This document shows positions 44,026-53,605 of a DNA stretch of 64,000 nucleotides, in pieces (positions within the stretch are counted from its first letter, which is position 1; every line of letters begins with the position of its first letter). This DNA comes from Verrucomicrobiota bacterium (GTDB lineage Bacteria; Verrucomicrobiota; Verrucomicrobiia; Methylacidiphilales; JBCCWR01). Below the pieces are notes generated by a model. That model made no database searches and was not told where the DNA came from. It was given only the letters and a program-made list of their open reading frames with translations. Location of the stretch: positions 11,126-75,125 of the forward strand of contig JBCCXA010000010.1 of the NCBI GenBank assembly GCA_039192515.1. The letters run 5' to 3'. A program made the position numbers and the translations under genes.

Positions 44026-45162
44026 TTAAGCGGCTGAAAGACGGCACGAATAAAGCACCTCTAAGTGATCAAGCGCTTTTTGAATATCGTGGCGCCACTC
44101 ATCCACCTTCTTACGAGATAATTTTACTTTATCAGAAACAGCTCTCTCAAGCTCAGTATAATGAATGGAAAACTCATCAGAGGCTTTGGATAAATAATCA
44201 ACGGATTTTTTTAGTTGTTCCGAGGCAGTATGTGCCCAATCCGCTTTAGCCATTGCCACTTCCAGACCATGATCAATTTTTAATTTAGTTTCTTGGATCT
44301 CAGCCATTAAAATTCGAGCGTCAGAAACACGACGCAACCCCGACGCCATTCCAACTTTAGCCAAAAGCCAGATAGCCCATTTGGTGGGATCCCATTGCCA
44401 AGATTTAACTCCATTTCTGTAGTCATGTTGAAACTCATGGTGAAAATTGTGGTAGCCTTCACCAAAGGTTAGTAGTGCCATGATCCAACTGTCTCTTGCA
44501 CTATGCTTTGAAGAATAGGGCTGTGAACCGAAATAGTGGCAAGCAGAATTAATAAAAAAAGTGCAATGCTGCACGATAACCGTCCTTAAAATTCCAGCTA
44601 TCAGGAAACCGCCGAGCGCACCCATCCATGTTCCGTAATACAATCCGGCGATTATTGCAGGTAACACAAACCCAACTAGCACGGCAATCACATGCACATA
44701 CTTATGTTGCCAAACAAGTAAAGGGTCCTTACGAAGGTCATAAACATTATCCATTGGAGGTTTAGGCCGTAGTTTAAACAACATCCAACCCATGTGTGCA
44801 TACCAAAAGCCGTTGTTGATATTGTAAGGGTCCTCATCATGGTCTACGTGCTTGTGGTGTCTTCTATGATCAGAAGTCCAGTCAATTACTGAGTTCTCCC
44901 AAGCAGCAGCCCCAAATAAGGTTACAAATAGCTTTACTGGGAACTTGGCCTTAAAAGCCAAATGTGAAAATAGCCTATGATATCCAAGAGTAATGCTCAT
45001 GGCTGTCGCAGTAATATAAAACAGCAATAAGCCCAGCATAAACAGATCTATACCTTGAAAGTATACATACACCGGCACAGCAGTCAGGGCTAATATGAGA
45101 GTGCCAAATAAAAAAATAGTTGTTGGCCAAATGACCCTATCAAACGGAATATATTTAAACAT
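44026..45162 (-). CDS. Acyl-CoA/acyl-lipid desaturase (Delta-9 type) with C-terminal extension
   Basis: Three His boxes: HRLFSH, HRRHHKHVD and HNFHHEF. Confidence 0.85.
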   Translation of the reverse strand: MFKYIPFDRVIWPTTIFLFGTLILALTAVPVYVYFQGIDLFMLGLLLFYITATAMSITLGYHRLFSHLAFKAKFPVKLFVTLFGAAAWENSVIDWTSDHRRHHKHVDHDEDPYNINNGFWYAHMGWMLFKLRPKPPMDNVYDLRKDPLLVWQHKYVHVIAVLVGFVLPAIIAGLYYGTWMGALGGFLIAGILRTVIVQHCTFFINSACHYFGSQPYSSKHSARDSWIMALLTFGEGYHNFHHEFQHDYRNGVKSWQWDPTKWAIWLLAKVGMASGLRRVSDARILMAEIQETKLKIDHGLEVAMAKADWAHTASEQLKKSVDYLSKASDEFSIHYTELERAVSDKVKLSRKKVDEWRHDIQKALDHLEVLYSCRLSAA

Positions 45163-45546
45163 TTACTTAATTTACCTCGAATAATTTAGTGAAGTGGGAA
45201 GCTTAACCTGTTTTCTATTACAGATCAAATTTACCTAATCATATCTAGCAAAGAACATTTAATAGGAGTAAAAGAAGCACATTACCATTTAAAAATGATA
45301 AATCTTTCAATTCACTACCCGACAATCCTTTTTAAACAAACTCGTTTTATTATTGTCGACCATCAATAAAAAGTCTTAATATAAGGTTCAGAAAATAAAA
45401 AAGAGGTCTAAATCGATTTGACTAGGTGCCATTATTCATTGTGCAAGCTTGGGTAAGCTTGCCGCCTCGGATTATCAAAGAAGTTGCCTAAATAACAATT
45501 AAACCTTCTTCATATGAAGACCTCTACCCCAAAGGAATCTATCTAA

Positions 45547-45891
45547 ATGTCTAACAGTAAACTCTATGTTGGAAACATGGCTTACAGCATAACCGAAAAT
45601 GATATTGAAGAAGCTTTTTCTCAATATGGCACAGTCGAAGAAATTAAAATGGTGCATGATCGCGATACCGGGAAATTCCGCGGCTTTGCATTCGTTCAAT
45701 TAAACGACCCTGCAGCCGCAAAGGCGGCTATCGAAGCACTTGATGGCCAAGACTTTCAAGGACGAAAACTCGTTGTTAATGAAGCACGCCCGCAAGAGAA
45801 TCGTGGTGGTGGCGGCGGCGGGCGCCAATTCCGTGGCGGTGGTGGTGGACACCATCGTGGTGGCGGCGGCGGGCGCAAACCGCGCTACTAG
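45547..45891 (+). CDS. RRM-type RNA-binding protein with Arg/Gly-rich tail
   Basis: RNP2 KLYVGNM, RNP1 RGFAFVQL and the tail NRGGGGGGRQFRGGGGGHHRGGGGGRKPRY. Confidence 0.9.
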   Translation: MSNSKLYVGNMAYSITENDIEEAFSQYGTVEEIKMVHDRDTGKFRGFAFVQLNDPAAAKAAIEALDGQDFQGRKLVVNEARPQENRGGGGGGRQFRGGGGGHHRGGGGGRKPRY

Positions 45892-45956
45892 TTTTCCACC
45901 TTCAAGCTATTTCACACTAGCTAACTTGCATGATCCAGTCATGACATATCCTGTAC

Positions 45957-47072
45957 TCATGACTGGATAGATCTTGGGGCTGAAGTTGATTGACGAATAA
46001 CCAGCTCAGGCTGAATCAATGTCCGGGAGTTTTCGTTAAGTAATTTTTTGGAAAGCGGCCTGGATGATTTTTTCTCAATCTGATCAACAAGTCTCTCCAC
46101 CACGGCCTGCATCAACACTTCTTCTTTAGGTGTGCATGTAGTCAGGGCTGGGATACAAAACCGAGCTTCCTTGAGATCATCAAAGCCAACTATAGAAACG
46201 TCCCGCGGTATTTTTATACCTACATCATATAAGTGCTTGATTGCACCCTGTGCGATTTGATCATTCATTGTCACGATAGCGGTAGGCCTGGGTTTTAGTG
46301 CCATAAACTCATTAGCCTGATCATAACCATATTGTTGATCAAGGTGAACTGATTTGCGGGTTTCGAAAATATGAATATCCTTACCAATTTCCAATCGCCT
46401 ATCCTTGGCGAATGCTCTTATACCCTTGATGCGGACAGCCCCATAAGCAACCCGTTCATCTATACCAAAGGTAACAAAACTTCTGTGCCCTTGCTCATAG
46501 AGATGCTCGAAAACCGTTTGCATCAAACCACTTCTATCGCTTGAAACTTCCTGAAAGGGCAATGCAAATCTAGGATCAATGGCCACCACCGGCATTCTAG
46601 ATTCAGATAGCTTCTTAATGATAGAACTTCCCTTGCGTGAAAGAGACCCGGCTAAGACAATCCCATCCACTTTAAAAACCATAAAGTTCTGCAGAACTTG
46701 CTGCTCCTGTAGCGCATCCACATTAGCCAACTCAATTAGAACTTGATAGCCGAATGAATGGAGTATCTTTTGTAGCACCCACGTTTTCCTAGCCAACATC
46801 GGCGTTTCAAATTCTTGAAAGCATACGCCGATAATGCCGGTTCGAGCACCCCTTAGACCTAATGCAAAAGGGTTGCGAGAAAAACCTAGCTCTCGAATTG
46901 CTTGATCGACGCGTTCACGTGTCTTGCTATTTACTGAAGCATGTCCATTGATAGCTCTGGACACTGTCCACCTGGATAGCCCTAGATAATCTGCCAACTC
47001 CTGTGTCGAGTGGACACTAGCACACGCTTTTCCTTTCATATTCTTCATCGGCCTAATAAGGCAATTGTCCAA
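45957..47072 (-). CDS. LacI-family transcriptional regulator
   Basis: HTH ELADYLGLSRWTVSRAINGHASVNSKTRERV plus a periplasmic-binding-fold effector domain. The start may be ATG 47048. Confidence 0.85.
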   Translation of the reverse strand: MDNCLIRPMKNMKGKACASVHSTQELADYLGLSRWTVSRAINGHASVNSKTRERVDQAIRELGFSRNPFALGLRGARTGIIGVCFQEFETPMLARKTWVLQKILHSFGYQVLIELANVDALQEQQVLQNFMVFKVDGIVLAGSLSRKGSSIIKKLSESRMPVVAIDPRFALPFQEVSSDRSGLMQTVFEHLYEQGHRSFVTFGIDERVAYGAVRIKGIRAFAKDRRLEIGKDIHIFETRKSVHLDQQYGYDQANEFMALKPRPTAIVTMNDQIAQGAIKHLYDVGIKIPRDVSIVGFDDLKEARFCIPALTTCTPKEEVLMQAVVERLVDQIEKKSSRPLSKKLLNENSRTLIQPELVIRQSTSAPRSIQS

Positions 47073-47142
47073 AGTCGCCCTATTATATCCTAAGCTTGCT
47101 TAAGCAACTTTAGTAAAAGTAGAGTTGTAATGAGTCTCGCAC

Positions 47143-48240
47143 TTAACGAACGACCCGGGCAGATCCACCCGCCATCAGCTTTTCCACTTCTTTGAGCGTA
47201 ACCATGGAAGTATCACCTGGTGTAGTCATTGCCAAAGCTCCATGGGCTGCACCATAATTGATTGCTTTAGAAGCATCATTATGGGTTAGGAAGCCATAAA
47301 TTAAACCCGAAGCAAAGCTGTCTCCACCTCCCACTCGATCCAAAATCTCCAATTCAGCTCTGTGAATAGCCTCATAGAAAGTTCCACCATGCCAGCAAAT
47401 AGCTCCCCAATCATTTACCGTAGCAGTCTTCACTGTTCGCAAAGTCGTTGCAGTTGCTTGAAAATTAGGAAAAGTAGAAACAGCTTTTTCTATCATCGCC
47501 TTAAACTTCTCTACATTGATTTGCGAAATGTTTTCATCAAGTCCTTCCACCTCGAAGCCTAGACAAGCCGTAAAGTCCTCTTCATTACCTATCATCACAT
47601 CAACATACTGAGCAATTTCTCGATTAATTTCCTGAGCCTTCTTTTGTCCTCCTATTGAATCCCAAAGAGATGGGCGATAATTCAAATCGTAAGATACAAT
47701 GGTGCCGTATTTTTGCGCTACTTCCACAGCTTCAATAACAACTCCTGGTGTTGTTTCAGAAAGCGCTGCATAGATACCTCCTGTATGAAACCACCGAACC
47801 CCTGCTTTGCCAAAGATTTCCTCCCAATCTATATCTCCCTTCTTTAGTTGCGAAGCTGCGGTGTAACCTCGATCAGGAACTCCTACCGCGCCGCGTATAC
47901 CAAAGCCACGTTCCGTAAAATTCAAACCATTTCGAATAGTTCTCCCAATACCATCATAGGGATACCATTTAATTAAGTCGGTGCAAACTCCACCCTGCAT
48001 AATCAAGTCTTCAATCAAATGCCCTACTTCATTATCAGCGAAGGCTGTTACAACGCCTGTTTTGAGACCAAAACATTTACGCAATCCGCGAGCAACATTA
48101 TATTCGCCTCCACCTTCCCAAGCGCGAAATTCTCTAGCAGTTCGCACCCGTCCTTCTCCTGGATCAAGGCGAAGCATGATTTCTCCCAAAGAAACTAGAT
48201 CAAATTTACATTCTGATGATTCTTTTATTTTTATAGCCAT
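47143..48240 (-). CDS. PfkB-family sugar kinase (2-dehydro-3-deoxygluconokinase-like)
   Basis: DLVSLGEIMLRLDPG and DRVGGGDSFASGLIYG are KdgK-like motifs. Confidence 0.75.
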   Translation of the reverse strand: MAIKIKESSECKFDLVSLGEIMLRLDPGEGRVRTAREFRAWEGGGEYNVARGLRKCFGLKTGVVTAFADNEVGHLIEDLIMQGGVCTDLIKWYPYDGIGRTIRNGLNFTERGFGIRGAVGVPDRGYTAASQLKKGDIDWEEIFGKAGVRWFHTGGIYAALSETTPGVVIEAVEVAQKYGTIVSYDLNYRPSLWDSIGGQKKAQEINREIAQYVDVMIGNEEDFTACLGFEVEGLDENISQINVEKFKAMIEKAVSTFPNFQATATTLRTVKTATVNDWGAICWHGGTFYEAIHRAELEILDRVGGGDSFASGLIYGFLTHNDASKAINYGAAHGALAMTTPGDTSMVTLKEVEKLMAGGSARVVR

Positions 48241-48272
48241 GTATTGTATTCGGTTTAGTGGTCTCTTTACTC

Positions 48273-49364
48273 TTAAATTTCCACGGATTTAAATTTTGCC
48301 ATATCCCATGGTGTTTGCTGACAATCCTCCGCGATATGAGCAAATTCAGTAAGCTCAGCCTCTGTAAATAGAAGCCCTTCATGTTTAGCAGATAGCTGCG
48401 CAGCCTCAGCTTCAATCTGACCAGGAAGCAAACATTTTTCGTTACCCTGCCCAAGAATATCATTTAGTATTGCTCGCACATTCTCTGACTGGTTAAGCCC
48501 GCGCACATAGTCATGTGAATTAATTGCTTCGGGATGAATCACTTGGAAGAAAAAGGTGGAACCACTTTTACTCTCGCTTGTGGAAGCCACTCCACGTTGG
48601 GAAGGCAAACAACCTCCAGTGTAAGCAGAATATAGCTCGTCGACTAACCCAAGGCCATAGCCTTTATGCATACCGAACGGCAGCAGAGCTACAGCTTCAT
48701 CAGGTTCAATAGTGGGATGACCATTCCTATCTACAGCACTATTCGGGGGAAGCTTTTTACTCTCTCTCTTAAATTGCTGCACCCTTCCCATAGCGACGGT
48801 AGAGGTAGCCCAGTCTACGACTATTGGGAAACCTACGGCATCTTGCGTGGGAAAAGCCCAGGAGTGAGGATTTGTTCCCATAGTTGGCCTCTTTCCGCCA
48901 TAAGGAACAACTTCACTAGTTGCCGAAGTGCAGTTGGTATAAGCAATATATCCCTTCAAGGCCGCATCAATCACATAGCCACCTCCCCATAAATAATGTG
49001 TTGCATTCTCTACAGAGACGATACCAACTCCATATTGATCAGCTAGCTTGATACAAGTATCCATAGCCTTGTAAGCGACTGCAGGTCCAAGTTTTTTTTG
49101 AGAATCCCAAACTTCTGAGGCAAGGAACTTATTATCAATTTTCTTTATTTCTGCACCCGGCATCCATTTACCTGCTTTCGATCCAAACAGTTCATCTAGG
49201 TGAAGGGCTTTAATGGCATGGTGCGTTCGAATACCATAGTAAGCGGCGGTTGAACAAAACCTTGCTCCATCTGCGGCTTCATCACTTGTATAACCTCGGT
49301 GAATATAAGCTGCTTCTACAAGCTTATTATGCACCTCCTCCGGAACGACATAATAGGTCATCAT
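48273..49364 (-). CDS. Ldh_2-family (malate/L-lactate/sulfolactate-type) dehydrogenase
   Basis: 363 aa with YGIRTHH, GTNPHSWAFP and HKGYGLG motifs of the Ldh_2 family. Confidence 0.7.
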   Translation of the reverse strand: MMTYYVVPEEVHNKLVEAAYIHRGYTSDEAADGARFCSTAAYYGIRTHHAIKALHLDELFGSKAGKWMPGAEIKKIDNKFLASEVWDSQKKLGPAVAYKAMDTCIKLADQYGVGIVSVENATHYLWGGGYVIDAALKGYIAYTNCTSATSEVVPYGGKRPTMGTNPHSWAFPTQDAVGFPIVVDWATSTVAMGRVQQFKRESKKLPPNSAVDRNGHPTIEPDEAVALLPFGMHKGYGLGLVDELYSAYTGGCLPSQRGVASTSESKSGSTFFFQVIHPEAINSHDYVRGLNQSENVRAILNDILGQGNEKCLLPGQIEAEAAQLSAKHEGLLFTEAELTEFAHIAEDCQQTPWDMAKFKSVEI

Positions 49365-49366
49365 TT

Positions 49367-50323
49367 TTAAAAAGAATTAGCCTGCGCTAGAGGTTCCCTT
49401 CCTTCTAGCACTGCTATCAAATTTTTTACTGCCATAGTTGCTTGCCGCTCGACGCTCTCCATGGTCCTGGACCCAATGTGAGGAGTAATTACAGCATTTT
49501 CCACTTTTAAAAGTGGATGATCTGTCGGAGGTGGCTCCGCATCTAAGACATCTGCGCCATAGCCTAGAAGCTTTCCCGAGTTGAGGGCCTCCACCATCGC
49601 ACTTGTTTCCACTATTTCACCACGCGCACAATTAAGCACGACCGAGCCATCTTTGAAGAGTTTAAGCCTATTTGAATTGATCATACCACGCGTCTCCTCT
49701 GTAAGCTTTGTATGAATACTCAAAATATCAGAGCGCTTGATTAATTCATCTATGCTTCCCATTTTTTCAATTCCTTGTTTTTGTGTAAATTCTTCGGGCC
49801 AATACGCACCAAAACCCAAGACTTTCATACCAAACGCTTTGGCTCGAATTGCCACTTCCCTTCCTATGCGTCCAAGACCTACTAAACCCATGGTTTTCCC
49901 CATCACCTCATGGCCAGTCATACGCTTCCATCTGCCTTCACTTACATAATTCGCTTCTGTTACAATTTTCCGGTAAACCGCAAAAAGTAACCCGAAGGTG
50001 TGTTCCGCTACAGTCGTATGATTAACACCTGGACAAAAGGTAACTGGCACCTTCAAGTCTGTGGCCGCATCCACATCAACTTTATCAAGACCTATGCCGT
50101 ACTTGGAAATCAACTTAATTTTAGGGAGACTTTTTTCCAGAACACTGCGAGTAATAGCATCATCACCACAGAGAAACGCATCATAGTCCCCTGCAAGTTC
50201 TAACATTTTTTCCTCCGACAAAGGCCCCCGTTCTCGGTGAATCTCATATCCTTTAGATTCTAATAATTCGTGATGGGGACCAGGAGTATCTTGAAAAGAT
50301 GTCGTAGTTAATAAAATTTTCAT
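49367..50323 (-). CDS. D-isomer-specific 2-hydroxyacid dehydrogenase
   Basis: [13 protein letters not shown] (NAD fold), NCARGEIV and ITPHIGS (catalytic His). Confidence 0.85.
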   Translation of the reverse strand: MKILLTTTSFQDTPGPHHELLESKGYEIHRERGPLSEEKMLELAGDYDAFLCGDDAITRSVLEKSLPKIKLISKYGIGLDKVDVDAATDLKVPVTFCPGVNHTTVAEHTFGLLFAVYRKIVTEANYVSEGRWKRMTGHEVMGKTMGLVGLGRIGREVAIRAKAFGMKVLGFGAYWPEEFTQKQGIEKMGSIDELIKRSDILSIHTKLTEETRGMINSNRLKLFKDGSVVLNCARGEIVETSAMVEALNSGKLLGYGADVLDAEPPPTDHPLLKVENAVITPHIGSRTMESVERQATMAVKNLIAVLEGREPLAQANSF

Positions 50324-50506
50324 CTCTATCTAAACCCTTCTTGATTCAACTTCTATGAGATCACCCGAGTTCAATACATCTCAAGCACCCCTTAGTCGCT
50401 TAGGTGGAATAGAACAAACCTCACAATCACACACCTGTTAGATTTTTCTTTAAAGTGCCATAGGTGTTGAAAGCTGTAAAGGATTTAATAGATTCCCCGC
50501 AAGGGT

Positions 50507-51058
50507 TCAGGCGCTCATTTCAGCATGAGAAAGCTCAAGCTCCTTGCTAATAGTAAATTTGATAATAGTCCCCTGGCCTACCTTGCTCTGAGCAACCCAT
50601 ACTCTACCTTGGTGCTGTTTTACCAGCGTCTCAACAATCGCCAAACCCGCACCAGAACCTTTTATTTTGTTATTATTATGAGCCTTTTTGAATAGAGCAA
50701 AGACCTTTTGCTGCATCTCAGGCTCTATACCTATACCATTATCTATCACAGAAAAGAGATAATATTTTAAATCATCTTCATATTTAATAAGAATTTGAGG
50801 CCTATCTTTATCACAATACTTAATAGCATTCGCTATGAGGTTTTGAAACAAGATGAGAATAGAAGTCTCATGACATGTGATATGAGGTATTTCCTGCACC
50901 TCAATCACGGCACCAGAGTCTTTGATTTGCTTTTCTAATAGTGTTTTAGCTTCGGCAATAAGTCCTGAAAGATCGCAATTGGAAAAGACAATATCCCTAC
51001 GAGCTCTTCGAGATAGGGTGAGAAGATATATACGCACCGAAAGATTTCCAGGACGCAT
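50507..51058 (-). pseudogene. C-terminal fragment of a sensor histidine kinase (end of HisKA helix 2 + HATPase_c; no phospho-acceptor His)
   Basis: N-box FQNLIANAIKYC, G1 VIDNGIGI and G2 GSGAGLAIV. The frame is closed by TAG immediately upstream of the first Met, and no H-box is present. Confidence 0.75.
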
Positions 51059-51066
51059 CTACTTTT

Positions 51067-51630
51067 TTGCGAACTTTAACTACCTCCGAGCAAAAGAAAA
51101 AAATAGAACAGGAGGTGGATGAACTAATCCAAGAATCATCCAAGCCAGCGGAAGCCGCCAATACTAAAAGAACTGATCTCAAGAGAGATATCTATCTAGC
51201 TGAAGACTTAGCGATGCGAGAGATTGAACAAGAATTTGAAGTTAAAACGAATAGACAGGTTGCGTTCGGCTCCATGGATGCAGGTATCGACGGCATGTTT
51301 GCCAAGAACGGAAAAGGTTATGGAATCGAAGTGAAATTTGTCTGTAATACCCTCTCCAGAAATGTTATCAATCAGGCTGCAGGAATAGGAAATCAGCTAT
51401 TTGAAAGGTATGGATGGAAGAACTTTGATATGATTATCGCAGTTGTCCTCGACAATCAGAATCCAGTAGAGGTCCAAAAGCAGAGGAACCAAATACAGGA
51501 ACTAGTTAATGAAAAAGGTGATGGCTATCATTGTCGAGTTTACGAGTATGGCGAGCTTCTCAAAAAATGCGGCATCGATAAAAATGGATATAGATCTTTC
51601 AAAGTCTATAGAAGAATTAGAAGGAGATGA
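51067..51630 (+). CDS. Hypothetical protein with PD-(D/E)xK (Mrr-like) nuclease-type motif; possible orphan toxin domain
   Basis: REIEQEFE..SMDAGIDGMF-x9-YGIEVKF fits E..D..(E)xK. The start is uncertain (TTG 51067, GTG 51115 or ATG 51213). The 3' end overlaps the next ORF by 47 nt. Confidence 0.45.
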   Translation: MRTLTTSEQKKKIEQEVDELIQESSKPAEAANTKRTDLKRDIYLAEDLAMREIEQEFEVKTNRQVAFGSMDAGIDGMFAKNGKGYGIEVKFVCNTLSRNVINQAAGIGNQLFERYGWKNFDMIIAVVLDNQNPVEVQKQRNQIQELVNEKGDGYHCRVYEYGELLKKCGIDKNGYRSFKVYRRIRRR

Positions 51631-52096
51631 TTGGGGTCCACCTGATTTTGATTCTCATGTTGTTAGCACGTGCCATGAGTTACGTAAAAAGCCAATCAAA
51701 GATTTTGAGATAGAAGAACTGCGATTCATGATATTACAGAACGTAGGATCTGAATATTTAGCTCCATTAGCTTGCGTAGACCACGACCCTATAGACCAGT
51801 GGGCACCCGTGCATGATTATTTAGTCTACTATAGCTTATGCCTACACATCGGACCAGAGAACGAAGAAGGAGCAGATTTGTTTTATGTAGATATTGCGAC
51901 TCCACAGGCCATAAAACACTTTCAGTTGGGCAAAACCGTTTCGGATAAAAGCATTATTTTGAATCCCTATTCATGGCCGGAGGTATTAACCAGAGTAAAG
52001 AGAATGATTAATCATGTTTCGGGCGTGTCCTGGCAGCAAGTGGCAGAGGAATTAGACAAAAGTTTTAGTTGGGAATTTAGTGGTTATCCGTCATAA
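51584..52096 (+). CDS. Chimeric immunity protein: CdiI-like N-terminal half fused to an Imm8-like domain
   Basis: IEELEGDDWGPPDFDSHVVSTCHELRKKPIKDFEIEELRFMILQNVGSEYLAPLA matches my recollection of the CDI-immunity family. LHIGPENEEGADLFYVDIATP..WQQVAEELDKSFSWEFSGY matches the Imm8 pattern. ATG 51584 is chosen over 51509. Confidence 0.6.
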   Translation: MDIDLSKSIEELEGDDWGPPDFDSHVVSTCHELRKKPIKDFEIEELRFMILQNVGSEYLAPLACVDHDPIDQWAPVHDYLVYYSLCLHIGPENEEGADLFYVDIATPQAIKHFQLGKTVSDKSIILNPYSWPEVLTRVKRMINHVSGVSWQQVAEELDKSFSWEFSGYPS

Positions 52097-52101
52097 AGAT
52101 A

Positions 52102-52168
52102 CAGAACAAGCCAGTTGAGCTAATCTGCAAAACGCGTTGCGTTTTTTGATTAGCTTTTAGATCGCCTC
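52102..52168 (+). repeat. attC-like site 1 (degenerate R')
   Basis: R'' CAGAAC is at 52103-52108. Arms are GAGCTAATC / GATTAGCT with an inner hairpin AAAACGC-gtt-GCGTTTT. ATC (52162-52164) sits where GTT is expected, and the site may double as a terminator. Confidence 0.55.
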
Positions 52169-52219
52169 CTACCCTATAATATTTAAAACACCGTGAGCAG
52201 TTAGCTCACTTCTAACGAT

Positions 52220-52555
52220 ATGAATACAGAAGAGGAAGATCAGTCAGCACATGTAGCCGGCTTCATCACGTTTTCCGGATCAATTCCAGAATTGAGAGCG
52301 ATGATCCGTGATGCTGGTCTCACACCTTCGAAGGCAGATTCGCACCATATTCACATTGAAGAGTTTTCTCACGTCATGCTGAGAGAGTACTCGAAGTTTG
52401 AGTATATGATCGAAGCAGATGCAGATACACCAGATGAGATGGTTGAAGATATGAAGAGATTCTCTTCAGCGCTATCTGCTGAAAGAATTGGATACAACTA
52501 TGAAATCTATGATTCTTCAAATGAGCTAGTTTGCCAGAAGGAGGAGAAGTTTTGA
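52220..52555 (+). CDS. Cassette ORF, hypothetical acidic protein
   Basis: 111-aa ORF bounded by attC-like sites 1 and 2. No family was recognised. Confidence 0.55.
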   Translation: MNTEEEDQSAHVAGFITFSGSIPELRAMIRDAGLTPSKADSHHIHIEEFSHVMLREYSKFEYMIEADADTPDEMVEDMKRFSSALSAERIGYNYEIYDSSNELVCQKEEKF

Positions 52556-52556
52556 A

Positions 52557-52631
52557 TCATATCAAGGCAGAGCTCACAATGGCTACTCATCGCTTCGCTC
52601 TTCGCAGCCACGTGAGTCTTTGACGTTAACC
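52557..52631 (+). repeat. attC site 2
   Basis: The R''-like box is CATATCAAGGCAG (ATC for AAC). Arms are CTCAC..TGGCT / AGCCA..GTGAG. R' GTTAACC is at 52625-52631. Confidence 0.65.
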
Positions 52632-52649
52632 ATACGAGAAAGTACGCGC

Positions 52650-53408
52650 ATGGACGAAATTGAAAAAATTATAAGTCGATATAATGAAGAATATGTAGGC
52701 AAGAGCCTAGAATCGTTAGATGATATAAATAGGTTCACTGGTACTTTCGTAAAGGATGTAGCAGAGATTTATGATTGCATCACGAGAATGCGAAACATCG
52801 ATCGCAACCCAACTGGATTCAATCTAGACGATGCTCCTATTTTGGGGCTGTTAACCAGAATATGGAAACTACTCAAAGAAATCGTTATCTACTACGAAAA
52901 AGATAACGCTGAAATCATAAGTATATTAGAAAGACCACTGATAGAAGCGGCAGTTACGGCTGAATATTTACTAATGAGCGATTCTGCTGTTATTAAAGAC
53001 TATAGAAAATGCTCATATAAAGATCGATTAAGAATACTCCGAGAATTAAAAGAAGGTTCTAGGTTTTTCGAAACAAAGGCCGGAAAACGGTTGCTCAAAT
53101 CAGTTCAAGAGAAAATGGATTTAGAAGGTTTCTCTGAAGACGACTTCAAGAAACAAAAGAAAAATCGATGGAAGCTTCAAGGAAAAACTTTCTTCGACAT
53201 ATTCGGAGAGGTTACAGACGAAGACCTTTACAAGTACACTTATGGCATGATGTCTGAGTCTATTCATGGATCTTGGAACGAATCTATGGATTGGTGCCTC
53301 CAAAAAAACGAAGATTCAACATTCACAGTTTATCCGTTCTATCATGGAGCTGATGTTAGATATATATGCCCAACACTAAAGTTTTGCAATGAGTCATACA
53401 GACTTTGA
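52650..53408 (+). pseudogene. Cassette gene (possibly DUF5677-like) truncated by an in-frame TGA
   Basis: ATG 52650 lies 25 nt after R' GTT. After TGA (53406-53408) the same frame stays open for 38 more codons (LKRIDCEDENMVNVLNWIERVNTRIFMIFDQKYDGPNG) and ends at TAA 53523-53525 inside the R'' box of attC 3. Confidence 0.6.
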
Positions 53409-53519
53409 CTAAAACGAATTGATTGCGAGGATGAGAACATGGTCAATGTCCTCAATTGGATTGAAAGAGTTAATACGAGAATATTTATGATTTTTGACCA
53501 AAAATACGATGGGCCAAAT

Positions 53520-53597
53520 GGCTAACAAAGCCAGCCAGAGGGACCAAAAAACCGCCGCGTCGCTCTGGTTTTTCGGCCCCTGCTGGCAGCGTTCGGG
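53520..53597 (+). repeat. attC site 3
   Basis: R'' GCTAAC is at 53521-53526. Arms are GCCAGCcAGaGGGaCCaAAAAACC / GGTTTTTcGGCCCCTGCTGGC. R' GTTCGGG is at 53591-53597. Confidence 0.8.
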
Positions 53598-53605
53598 GAT
53601 AAAAT

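Noticed and set aside
50400-51060. I looked for an integron integrase or attI at the polarity-predicted 5' end of the array.
   Set aside because: The only ORF there is a histidine-kinase HATPase fragment. No ORF in the window shows tyrosine-recombinase R..HxxR..Y motifs.
51065-51124. An attC-like element at the left junction: GCGAAC, arms CTACCTCC/GGAGGTGG, and a second GAAC.
   Set aside because: It has an R''-type box but no GTT partner in either orientation, and the arm GGAGGTGG also looks like an RBS. It is not counted as an attC and is mentioned only as a possible junction scar.
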